DNA of 64,000 nucleotides from a virus (Duplodnaviria; Heunggongvirae; Uroviricota; Caudoviricetes): IMG/VR virus record IMGVR_UViG_3300014205_000193; one strand, 5' to 3'. Shown piece by piece: positions 55,270 to 64,000 of this stretch (position 1 is its first letter; each line of letters starts with the position of its first letter). The notes under the pieces were generated by a model. It saw only the letters and a program-made list of their open reading frames with translations, ran no database searches and was not told where the DNA came from. The position numbers and the translations under genes were made by a program.

Positions 55270-56552
55270 AGCGCATCCTCATTGTGGGTGATGACCCATC
55301 ACTAAACACAGGGTATGCTCGTGTTGCCAGATTCGTAGCACAGACCTTACATGATAATGATTACCGAGTAAGGTACTTACCCTGCAACGCCACCATGTCG
55401 GAAGTTGACCGGCAACAGTGGGGTTTTGAGCTATTACCTTTCAATCCGCAGGATAGGTTTGGTAATCGGAATATTGCCCAGGTTCTCTCAGAGTTTAAAC
55501 CCTCCCTGGTGATATGCTTTGGCGAGTTTAGTTTTGTTGGCTATATCGGTACTGTGTGTCGTCAGTTAGGTATTAAATCTATGTATTACATGCCTGTAGA
55601 AGGTACCGCCTATCCACCACATGTTGTATACATTAGTGGCGGCCACATAGATTATAAACTAACACTTCAGAAGTTTAATTATATCGTGGCATACAGTCAG
55701 TTTGGCGCCGATTGTATCAATGCTTTACTGCCGGGTATCGTCACAGACGTTATGCCTCACCAGGTGGATACAGATGTATTTAGACCCCTCGACCGGCAGG
55801 CCTGTCTTAAGACCTTCTTTCCCCAGTTATTTGAGAGAGGTGAAAACTCCGCCTTTATTGTGGGGCACATTGGCCGTAATCAGCGGCGTAAGGGAACTGA
55901 CCTGGTTATCCAGGGATTTGCTGAATTTGTAAAGAGATACACCACAGACCATTATGTAAAGCCTTATCTATTCTTAACGACTGACCCAAAAGACACTCAT
56001 GGTTTTAATCTTATGAGTTTGTCTGAGGAGTATAAGCTGAATGGTAAGGTGATTTTTAATCCGGTTGTGGGTGGTAAGCAAGGCCCTGCCGATAATCAGA
56101 TGTGTGAAGTGTATAATACTTTTGATGTACACCTATGCCCGCATCGTGCTGAAGGTTTTGGTTTGCCTGTTTTAGAAGGCTTGGCCTGCGGTATCCGCAC
56201 GGTCACAACAAAGTATGCCACTCCTGCTGAATTTGGGGCAGATGTCTGTACACTGGTTGAGCCTGCTTGGTTAGAACCTTGCCCCGGCACTAATACCAAC
56301 TGGGCTGTGATAAATCCTATCAGCATCGCAGACGCTCTGGGCAAGATATATCTCGAAGGGTCAACCAAACATACTCATACTCCTTCAGTAGCTGTAGCGC
56401 AGCAGTTCAGCACCAAGGTGGTAGCAAAGCGTTGGTTAGGTCTATTGAGAGACTTGAATCTTCCTGAAATGTCTGAGATTATAGAGCAGGCTCCAGCTCC
56501 TTCGACAGCACAATCAATTGCGGATGCATACCTTGACACAATGGATGGCTAA
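55266..56552 (+). CDS. GT-B glycosyltransferase (GT4-like)
   Basis: N-terminus MKRILIVGDDPSLNTGYARV; C-terminal E-x7-E motif HRAEGFGLPVLEGLACG. Confidence 0.7.
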   Translation: MKRILIVGDDPSLNTGYARVARFVAQTLHDNDYRVRYLPCNATMSEVDRQQWGFELLPFNPQDRFGNRNIAQVLSEFKPSLVICFGEFSFVGYIGTVCRQLGIKSMYYMPVEGTAYPPHVVYISGGHIDYKLTLQKFNYIVAYSQFGADCINALLPGIVTDVMPHQVDTDVFRPLDRQACLKTFFPQLFERGENSAFIVGHIGRNQRRKGTDLVIQGFAEFVKRYTTDHYVKPYLFLTTDPKDTHGFNLMSLSEEYKLNGKVIFNPVVGGKQGPADNQMCEVYNTFDVHLCPHRAEGFGLPVLEGLACGIRTVTTKYATPAEFGADVCTLVEPAWLEPCPGTNTNWAVINPISIADALGKIYLEGSTKHTHTPSVAVAQQFSTKVVAKRWLGLLRDLNLPEMSEIIEQAPAPSTAQSIADAYLDTMDG

Positions 56553-56684
56553 TCTTATGCGTAAGTTATTCTGGCTTATCTTACAAATGCTTGGGCAGTG
56601 CACGACTTCCAAGCATCCTGAAGGCTGGAAGTGCATACGCCATAGATTTCATTTGGGTAAACATAGAGGATTTAAAGGAGAACG

Positions 56685-57224
56685 TTGGTAATGAGTAATA
56701 CAACCTTACATGAAACAAAATGGATGTCTTTGATGTCAACACCAGATGGTTTCATTTACGGCCACCTTAATATGCAGCGGGATGGTAATGGTGTAGCAGT
56801 GTTGGTTTATAAGACAGATGACCAGGGTAGGGTAACTCATCTACTTGGTCGCTACGAGAAGAATCCCGCGCATGCTGATGGGATTGCCCTCACTTCTATT
56901 ACGGGTGGTGTTGACTTAGATATGGATGAGGAGGCCGCTGTTGAACAGGAGCTGCGAGAAGAAGCGGGTATTGATCTCAAGAAGCAGAGGGGTTGGAAGT
57001 TATATGACCTCGGTACATGCGTACCGAGTAAGTTCCTTGACCAACATTATCATCTGTATGCTCTTGATGCCACGGGTTTGGAGTTGGGAGCTGCGGAGGG
57101 TGACGGCACAGACGGGGAAAAAGAAGCGTATTGCCGTTGGGAATATCCTCATGTAGTATTGGGTTGCAAATGTCCATTAGTGGCATTGATGGCTATGAGA
57201 AGCGGTATATTGGAACGGATTTAA
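56685..57224 (+). CDS. NUDIX hydrolase
   Basis: Nudix box GGVDLDMDEEAAVEQELREEAGI (G-x5-E-x7-REUxEExGU). Confidence 0.7.
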   Translation: MVMSNTTLHETKWMSLMSTPDGFIYGHLNMQRDGNGVAVLVYKTDDQGRVTHLLGRYEKNPAHADGIALTSITGGVDLDMDEEAAVEQELREEAGIDLKKQRGWKLYDLGTCVPSKFLDQHYHLYALDATGLELGAAEGDGTDGEKEAYCRWEYPHVVLGCKCPLVALMAMRSGILERI

Positions 57225-57302
57225 AATATAGGTTTATACGGTGTGTAAGTTGTTTGGATAGTACACTGATGGGCGCTGCCCAGGAAATGAAAGGATGATC
57301 TG

Positions 57303-59201
57303 ATGTTTATGAATGAAGAATCTAAGGCACCAATGAGAATACTACTAATCACCTCTTGGTCAACTGCTTGCGGAATTGCGACATATTCGGCCAATTTGGT
57401 TGAACAACTTGAAGCACAGGGTGTGCAGGTGGAGATCTACTCTAACACTACCGACTACCTGGGTTTAGTTAAGTTGGCCAGAGAGTCTCATTGTGATGTG
57501 GTACACATTCAGCACGAGTACGGTATTAGTCTGCCGCTGGATGGTCTCATGTCCGTAATAAGTAAATTTGAGACTAGAGGCATCCCTGTGGTAATAACCA
57601 CACATACTGAAGATGATGGTGCCAATGTAATGTTGGATGGGGTGCCTAGTGCAATCATACTGCATAATGATAAGAAGGATCTGGCCAAAAAGAAGATGTT
57701 TAGTATGTTCGCTAGAATTCCTCATGGTATCCCTGAGATTGTATTCGAAGAATCCTCGGAAACATATCGTGAAAAATATGGCATTCCAAAGGATGCTTTT
57801 GTTATAGGTACATGTGGCTTTATGTCTCAGGATCGTGGGCAGATGCTGGAGACGATCACACAGACATTGTTAACCCTGAATAAAACAGATACTCGCAAGA
57901 TATATTTGCATTTTGTTATGTCGGCGCACCGCAATGACGCAGGTGCCCAGTTTGCTAATCTTATTAAAGCTACCATTCTCAATCTTGCCACACAGTTGGG
58001 TATGACTACACAGGTACAGGTCAATACTGATTTTATTCCTACACATGAATTCCGGGACCGTATTAGAACCTTTGATCTTGGTTTCAGTTGGGCAAACCCC
58101 AAAGCACAGAGTAACAGTGGTTCGGCCGCAGATATAATAAGCTGTGGTGTTCCTATAGTTGTTAATGATGTCCCTCACTTCAAGAATCTTGCTCCATTCT
58201 GTACGGTTGTTGAAGGAGGCACATCAGAGATTGCTCAGCAGCTATATGACTTATTTAAAAGTGATACTAAAGATAAGGGTGCTACTCTTGCTCGACTGGG
58301 AGGGCTGGCTTGCCAGGCTATTGCGGAGCTGGGGTATTCAAGAATGGCTAAACAGCACATCACCTTGTATCATCTTTTAGCGTCAAAAACAAGTAATGTG
58401 CTTGACTTTACTCCGGCTACGGGGAGCAGACCGTTACCCACACTTAATAAAGAACTCCCTATCACGGTGACGGTGCCGAATCTCTTATGGCAAATACCTG
58501 TGTTGTGGACCAAACTACAGGCGTTAATTGATAACGGACATTCAGTACGTCTGCTGGTGCAGAATGATGGATTGACCGATATAGCAACTCTTAAATGGGT
58601 CCTGCCGGGTTTAGTGGACATACAGTTTGCGGATGTGGGATTGGATCATGACCCTAGATTGGTGAGACTCCAGTCCTTGTCGGTGGCGCAGAATATGACC
58701 TTAGATTTGAATGCTTGGTTTACTGGTGGCCGAACATATGGTGAGTTTCTGCCACAGTTATCTTCACAACTCACTAGGTTGAAGTTAGGAGAATATGCTG
58801 TGCGTGCAGCACAACGATATAACATAACCAAAGATACGGTTTTGGTTATTGCTTCGGAGGCGGCTTATACGCAGTTGCAAACACAACCATTATACTTGGG
58901 AGACTGTGTTACCATATTAAGCACACCTCTTAATGAGGTGTGGGCGCATAAACTGAATGCGCTTTTGAAAGCCCGGGTTATTGTAGAAGACTTCCGTACC
59001 GTTTGGGCGTGTTGTCAGAGAGCCGGCAACGTGTTTACAGAATTTGGTGCTGCCGCTGTTATTGCTGCATTAGCGGATGTTCCAGTGATACTCCCACCTG
59101 ACATTAGACCAGCACAATGGCAGCTTCACTTACTACACAGCTTACGACAGCTAGTTAATTCAAAGGCAGTTGGTGAGAGTCTGGAGGCTACTCATGGCTA
59201 A
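57303..59201 (+). CDS. glycosyltransferase (GT4-like N-terminal domain) with C-terminal extension
   Basis: N-terminus MRILLITSWSTACGIATYSANL; mid-region SGSAADIISCGVPIVVND; 632 aa in total. Confidence 0.55.
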   Translation: MFMNEESKAPMRILLITSWSTACGIATYSANLVEQLEAQGVQVEIYSNTTDYLGLVKLARESHCDVVHIQHEYGISLPLDGLMSVISKFETRGIPVVITTHTEDDGANVMLDGVPSAIILHNDKKDLAKKKMFSMFARIPHGIPEIVFEESSETYREKYGIPKDAFVIGTCGFMSQDRGQMLETITQTLLTLNKTDTRKIYLHFVMSAHRNDAGAQFANLIKATILNLATQLGMTTQVQVNTDFIPTHEFRDRIRTFDLGFSWANPKAQSNSGSAADIISCGVPIVVNDVPHFKNLAPFCTVVEGGTSEIAQQLYDLFKSDTKDKGATLARLGGLACQAIAELGYSRMAKQHITLYHLLASKTSNVLDFTPATGSRPLPTLNKELPITVTVPNLLWQIPVLWTKLQALIDNGHSVRLLVQNDGLTDIATLKWVLPGLVDIQFADVGLDHDPRLVRLQSLSVAQNMTLDLNAWFTGGRTYGEFLPQLSSQLTRLKLGEYAVRAAQRYNITKDTVLVIASEAAYTQLQTQPLYLGDCVTILSTPLNEVWAHKLNALLKARVIVEDFRTVWACCQRAGNVFTEFGAAAVIAALADVPVILPPDIRPAQWQLHLLHSLRQLVNSKAVGESLEATHG

Positions 59202-60513
59202 GCGTAAACCCAAACTAAACACAAAGCACCAACCAGAGGTATCAAGACCTCCTGCTCCCATATCCGTGACGGTGAGCAGTCCTAATCAAAATGATGGTCC
59301 GCTTAATCCATTTGAGTCTATAACCGATGAGGCGGCCGCAATACGATCGGCTATGGAAGCATCTCCTTCAAAGGGTAAGCATAAGCTGATATTGCAGAAT
59401 CCACACTCCCCAGGTGACATCATTATGATGGCTACTGCTATCAGAGACTTGCATGCTACATATCCAGGCCAGTATCAGACGGATGTTGCATGTCCATGTC
59501 CTGAGATATTCGAAGGTAATCCATATATCACCAAGCTCGACCCAACCGACCCAGAAGTGGCGATGCTGCGTGCGGAATACCCACTTATTCAGGATTCCAA
59601 TCAAGGCGCACACCATTTTATTCATGGCTACCGTAAGCATCTCGAGACACTGATTGGCCGCCCCATTAAGCAGGGTAACTTTAAAGGGGACATCCATATC
59701 CGAGATGAGGAAAAAGGGTGGGTGTCTGCTGTGGAGGAGATAACCGGAGACGACCGCCCATTCTGGATTATCGATGCAGGGTACAAACCAGACTTCACCG
59801 CCAAGGCCTGGAGCTTCAATCGTTATCAGCAGGTGGTTAACCACTTTAAAAATAAAATTCAGTTTGTACAAGTCGGACACGCTAGCCATTTTCACCCAGA
59901 GCTTAAAGGTGTTATTAACATGGTTGGCCAAACAGACTTGCGTCAGCTTATCCGGCTGTTCTATCACTCAATAGGTGTACTCACTCCTGTATCTATGCCT
60001 ATGGTATTGGCAGCCAGTGTGCCTATGAAACACTCCTTCCCCAAGCAGCGGGCGTGTGTGGTGCTCTCAGGAGGCCGTGAGCCTGTGCAATGGCAGTGCT
60101 GGCCAGATCAACAGTTCCTTCATACGTGTGGAACCATGGACTGTTGTGATTACGGGGGCTGCTGGAAGAGTCGGGTTAAGCCACTGGGCGATGGTGACGA
60201 GAAGGATCGTAGTAATATGTGTATACATCCTGTAGCCTGTGATGGTCAGTGGCTGGGACAGTGTATGTATAATATAACAGTGGCCGATGTTATACGCGCC
60301 ATCTCAAGATACTATGATAATAACGGAGTATTCAAATACGATAAGCGTAAGACGATAGCTGTGGCCTATGAGAATCGTGATGTTGTTAAAGTAAACACAT
60401 ACACGCCTCCAGGAACACATAACAAAGGAACAGAGCTGCATGTGGCGGTCACTCCTGACCCGAAGCCAGCAGCTCATAACTGCGCCTGTGCCGCGCATCA
60501 AGTCCCGGCATAA
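59194..60513 (+). CDS. GT9-family (heptosyltransferase-like) glycosyltransferase
   Basis: HKLILQNPHSPGDIIMMATAIRDLHATYPG resembles the GT9 N-terminal signature (ILIIRxSxxGDVxxTxPxxRxLKxxYP). GGAGG RBS before the internal ATG. Confidence 0.55.
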   Translation: MAKRKPKLNTKHQPEVSRPPAPISVTVSSPNQNDGPLNPFESITDEAAAIRSAMEASPSKGKHKLILQNPHSPGDIIMMATAIRDLHATYPGQYQTDVACPCPEIFEGNPYITKLDPTDPEVAMLRAEYPLIQDSNQGAHHFIHGYRKHLETLIGRPIKQGNFKGDIHIRDEEKGWVSAVEEITGDDRPFWIIDAGYKPDFTAKAWSFNRYQQVVNHFKNKIQFVQVGHASHFHPELKGVINMVGQTDLRQLIRLFYHSIGVLTPVSMPMVLAASVPMKHSFPKQRACVVLSGGREPVQWQCWPDQQFLHTCGTMDCCDYGGCWKSRVKPLGDGDEKDRSNMCIHPVACDGQWLGQCMYNITVADVIRAISRYYDNNGVFKYDKRKTIAVAYENRDVVKVNTYTPPGTHNKGTELHVAVTPDPKPAAHNCACAAHQVPA

Positions 60514-60531
60514 CGCGCCATAAAGGAAACT

Positions 60532-60864
60532 ATGCCTAATTATACATTTAATATTACTCACCCTGTAATCAAAGGACAATACGACACATCTGCTCCTAAT
60601 GAGCGAGCAGCCATTAAGAACATAGTCTTCAGGGAACTGCAAGAGCGTAATCGTACAACTGGTAACATCACAAGTAAGGCACTGCTTGTTTCCTCTGAGA
60701 TATTTGAAAAACATATGTATTTTGTGGTATCACCAAAAAATCAACCCAGCATACCTTCACCAGTGTTTGATCCTGTCGAGTCCGAGTCTGATTATGTGCC
60801 TCCGTCGCGACGAGGTGACCAGGAATATCCAGAGAATCCAGATGAGGAGGATGACAATGGCTAA
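60532..60864 (+). CDS. hypothetical protein with acidic C-terminus
   Basis: 110-aa ORF. Confidence 0.45.
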   Translation: MPNYTFNITHPVIKGQYDTSAPNERAAIKNIVFRELQERNRTTGNITSKALLVSSEIFEKHMYFVVSPKNQPSIPSPVFDPVESESDYVPPSRRGDQEYPENPDEEDDNG

Positions 60865-61063
60865 CATAAAGTTGACGAAGGATTTTAAGCTGGAGGTAGG
60901 CGAGCATGGGGACGCAAAAGTGACCCTGGATGGGGAAGTTATTACCAGGGTAGTAAGTTTCTATATAAACAAAGATTCGGATGAGCAGAATTTAACCATT
61001 GAACTGTGGCGTCAAGATGACCGGGGTGACCTGGATATTATGAATGTTATCGTTGGACCTTAA
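60857..61063 (+). CDS. small hypothetical protein
   Basis: GAGGAGG RBS; MANIKLTKDFKLEVGEHGD... Confidence 0.45.
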   Translation: MANIKLTKDFKLEVGEHGDAKVTLDGEVITRVVSFYINKDSDEQNLTIELWRQDDRGDLDIMNVIVGP

Positions 61064-61078
61064 TTAAAGGATGAGCTG

Positions 61079-61942
61079 ATGAGTGTGTATAAAGAACATC
61101 ACTTGAAGAAAGAGAAGGTAGCGGACGTACTGCGTGCATCACCAGACGGACGTAAGGTGTTGATTGTGTTTTGGCACGGTGTGGGCGACACACTTATGTT
61201 CTTGCCGGTATTTGATTACCTCAGAGAGCAGTTTCCGCAGCATGCCTTCACCCTGGGGCTACTGCCAGGAGTAGACCAGGATGTATTTTTGGCCAAGCAT
61301 TGGCCGGTTGTGGCGGTGCCGGAGGCTGAGTTTCTTAATGGACATGATATGGCTTTTGTAGTGAGTTTCCCTATGAATGAGGGTTCCGGCGTGGAGACTA
61401 AAGCGGAGTATTGTTGCCGGGTTGAGCTTGGCCTTCCAGCACGCACATTTGGCTTGCCTGACTTGGCAGGCCCAAAACCAAATAAATTGGTTGGCATGCA
61501 CTTGCAAGGCACTTGTTTACCGGGCAGCACTAATCCAGATGAAGCCACGGCTAAGCGGCTGTGGGATGATGTGGCCGCTGCGGGGTTTGTTCCATTTGAC
61601 CTACACTTCTGTCACACCTTTCACAATCCTGCGAATGCCGTATTTCCCTGGGCGACTCGTAGCTGTCGAGACTTACCACCAAGCCTCACAACATTACAGA
61701 TGATGATTGAACGTTGCGTTGCTGTGATGGCGGTGGCATCAGGACCTTTTGTACTGGCGGCATCCATTATGCCGCGGCGTACAATATATCTTCAGAAGCA
61801 CCACCACATTTCATGCTATATGCGAGGGTTTATAAATGTACTGAACCTTCCTGTGTATATGGGAGAGTTTGATGTGGGCCGGAAGATGCTGGAGCGGGAG
61901 AGATTGGTGGCTATGCTTAGGGCGATAGAGGCAGGTAACTAA
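61079..61942 (+). CDS. GT9-like glycosyltransferase
   Basis: RKVLIVFWHGVGDTLMFLPVFDYLREQFPQHA GT9-like N-terminal motif. Confidence 0.5.
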   Translation: MSVYKEHHLKKEKVADVLRASPDGRKVLIVFWHGVGDTLMFLPVFDYLREQFPQHAFTLGLLPGVDQDVFLAKHWPVVAVPEAEFLNGHDMAFVVSFPMNEGSGVETKAEYCCRVELGLPARTFGLPDLAGPKPNKLVGMHLQGTCLPGSTNPDEATAKRLWDDVAAAGFVPFDLHFCHTFHNPANAVFPWATRSCRDLPPSLTTLQMMIERCVAVMAVASGPFVLAASIMPRRTIYLQKHHHISCYMRGFINVLNLPVYMGEFDVGRKMLERERLVAMLRAIEAGN

Positions 61943-61978
61943 TGAATAACAGTAAACAAATTATAAAAGGATGAACTA

Positions 61979-62827
61979 ATGTCTAAAAAGTATGCACTGG
62001 TGATGACTTGTACAGAGGGGTTACATATAAACGCAAATGCTGCGTTTAACGGTCTTGCCTTGTACGGCAACGATATCGATATCCATTTATTGTCTAAGGA
62101 TATAAATAAAGATTATATCTCTCGACTTCCTTCTTATTTTACCGTTCCTGATTGGAAGACTCAGATCGTTGACCCAAATAAACCGGCTCATAAAGGTGGC
62201 GGTTGGGAAGTTAGATACTATCGGTATTCTTATGTACGAACTATAAAAGATCAATACGATGCTATTCTCACAATGGACGCCGATGTGTTTGTTGTTGGTA
62301 ATCTTATGGAGCATTTTGAACGCGCAGCTAAAGAAGGAGTGCTCATAATGCCAGATAATCCGCAAGGGTGTGCTCTTGACCGTGCTAATTTAGATAATAT
62401 AAAAGGGGCGTCTTCTCCTCCTTATCATTGTCATCCATTCTTTTTTGACCCAAAGAAGTATGATTGGTTAATGGCCGAACTTTATCAAGCTGGAATAACT
62501 GAAGATTATGGGGATATGGCCACATTGTTTCGCACGTTATATCGCCATAATCTACATAAGGATGTGGTTGCTTTACCTAATGACCTATGGTGCTTTACAA
62601 ACTGGCATGCAGATAAGATGCAGTTTGAGATGAAGGATGGTTTGCCACTTCTTACATATAAAAATGGTCGTGTGGTGGTAGTTCACCGTCGGTGGTACCT
62701 GCCTGAAGTTCGTGATAAATTTGTGAGGGATTTGGGACCACAGCATCGAGAAGACGGGACTCATAATGTGCAGATTTTTAAAGATGTGATTGAATGGCTT
62801 AATAATAATGGCCCTATAAAACTATGA
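61979..62827 (+). CDS. putative nucleotide-sugar (DXD) glycosyltransferase
   Basis: DAILTMDADVFVVGNL DXD-like motif. Confidence 0.4.
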   Translation: MSKKYALVMTCTEGLHINANAAFNGLALYGNDIDIHLLSKDINKDYISRLPSYFTVPDWKTQIVDPNKPAHKGGGWEVRYYRYSYVRTIKDQYDAILTMDADVFVVGNLMEHFERAAKEGVLIMPDNPQGCALDRANLDNIKGASSPPYHCHPFFFDPKKYDWLMAELYQAGITEDYGDMATLFRTLYRHNLHKDVVALPNDLWCFTNWHADKMQFEMKDGLPLLTYKNGRVVVVHRRWYLPEVRDKFVRDLGPQHREDGTHNVQIFKDVIEWLNNNGPIKL

Positions 62828-63561
62828 TTACATATTCTGATGTGACTATATGTATTCCCACAAGCTGGGTACCCAGCTGCCCAAGTGGCCGCTTGGTGCA
62901 GCATGTGTATACGCAGTTAGTCACACAATATTCCGGTTTTTCAAAGTGTCCGGTGGTTATCGGATATGATAATTATAAAGGCGAAACTGCATATTATCAA
63001 GAACTATGTAATTTAAGTTTTGCATCCTTTGTTTGTGATACTCGATCTAGTCTTTTAGAATCTATAGCCTATCGTAGGGCACGTAGTTTTAAGAATATGA
63101 TAGACCAAGTCACAACTAAATACTTGTTATTTTGGGAGCATGATTGGGCATTTACTTTTGCTGTCATTGATTGGGATTCTTTGTTCTCTATTCTGGATGC
63201 TGAGTCTACGGTAAACACTGTTTATTTTAATAAGCGTAAGAATGTGCTTCGAGGAGTGGACGTTACCTTACAGCCTCGAACATGGGGTTCGACCACTCTT
63301 TGTCGAACATCTCGGTATTCAAATAATCCTAGTTTGACTTGTACGCGTACATGGCGGACTCGATGTTCTCCAGTAGTTGCTGGTATAGCACAGACGGGTG
63401 TGGAATTAGAGCGAGTAGTTTATGAAGCATATCGGAGTGATATAAAGAAAAAGGGTTTTATAGCTGCTAATGAGGATTGGGGTGCCTATCTATATGGCGA
63501 CCTCAATTCTGGGCCATATGTTAAACATTTTAATGGAGCCGTGTGGAATGGAAAAATATAA
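62824..63561 (+). CDS. hypothetical protein, possible GT-A glycosyltransferase
   Basis: N-terminus VTICIPTSW resembles the GT2 start; weak. Confidence 0.35.
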   Translation: MITYSDVTICIPTSWVPSCPSGRLVQHVYTQLVTQYSGFSKCPVVIGYDNYKGETAYYQELCNLSFASFVCDTRSSLLESIAYRRARSFKNMIDQVTTKYLLFWEHDWAFTFAVIDWDSLFSILDAESTVNTVYFNKRKNVLRGVDVTLQPRTWGSTTLCRTSRYSNNPSLTCTRTWRTRCSPVVAGIAQTGVELERVVYEAYRSDIKKKGFIAANEDWGAYLYGDLNSGPYVKHFNGAVWNGKI

Positions 63562-64000
63562 TATTAGGGTAAGCACTGAGCGATTCAAGTCTTTCATACC
63601 TTTATTAACGGCATGCTGTCAGGCTGTCTCTCCACAAGTAATTGTAGAATATGGACCAGGTGAATCAACACAGTGTTTGTTAGATAATACCACAGGTGTA
63701 ATCTACTCCTGGGAAAACCAATCTTCATATTATGGGCAGGCGGTTACAAGATTTGCAGGCAACTCTCGTGTTAAATTATTCCTAGGGGACACTAAAGCAG
63801 GTCCGGGCAAGAAGACGCCTTATGTTAATGCACCTTATATAATATTGGGTGCACAATCTGCGGACTTAGTGTTTGTGGATGGGCGGTATCGTGCTGACTG
63901 CATGGCTTGCGCATCCATGCTAGTGAAGGATACTGGTGTTGTGGTACTTCATGATGATGAGAGGCCGTCTTATGACCCTGGCAGGAGTCTATTTCCTTTT
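63548..64000 (+). CDS. methyltransferase-like protein, partial (C-terminus beyond window)
   Basis: VIVEYGPGESTQ ... DLVFVDGRYR resembles the class-I MTase motifs of the 11983 gene (EIGSYSGGTT / LFIDGDH). Confidence 0.35.
   Translation, partial: MEKYNIRVSTERFKSFIPLLTACCQAVSPQVIVEYGPGESTQCLLDNTTGVIYSWENQSSYYGQAVTRFAGNSRVKLFLGDTKAGPGKKTPYVNAPYIILGAQSADLVFVDGRYRADCMACASMLVKDTGVVVLHDDERPSYDPGRSLFPF

Noticed and set aside
1-64000. tRNA, rRNA and CRISPR features
   Set aside because: No cloverleaf-like conserved tRNA boxes, rRNA-like segments or repeat-spacer arrays were recognisable by eye. I cannot exclude a tRNA without a covariance search.

Overview
This window reads as part of a large dsDNA phage or phage-like genome at roughly 40% GC by eye. 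There are no rRNA or tRNA genes, no CRISPR arrays, and no virion structural genes or DNA polymerase. It opens with a minus-strand replication module at 1-11.9 kb: CHC2/TOPRIM primase, Ski2-like SF2 helicase, DnaB-like helicase, DnaC-like loader, and a GC-rich island with an Arg-rich 670-aa protein. Transcription then diverges at about 11.9 kb into a long plus-strand block of mostly small unknown genes. That block also holds recognisable accessory genes: class-I SAM methyltransferase, SF2 helicase, tandem HNH homing endonuclease, signal-peptide patatin-like phospholipase, a DUF2829/Tad2-like candidate anti-Thoeris protein, MT-A70 and DPPY DNA methyltransferases, DUF488, MazG-like and PNK-like kinase, SPFH protein, an IS607-family insertion with tnpA and tnpB, and a STAS-domain protein. 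The most unusual locus is a single 2956-aa ORF (45459-54329) built from repeated modules joined by a recurring linker peptide. It carries ParB-like DGxHR motifs, three domains with an H-Y-E-class ADP-ribosyltransferase-like motif pattern and five copies of an unassigned domain. I interpret it as a polyvalent, probably virion-delivered, anti-defence protein. It is followed directly by a cluster of seven or more glycosyltransferase, NUDIX and methyltransferase genes. Other notable items are a repeated structured RNA-like leader element with compensatory stem changes in a small-gene island, and a reverse-oriented glycine-zipper two-gene moron bracketed by bidirectional terminators.
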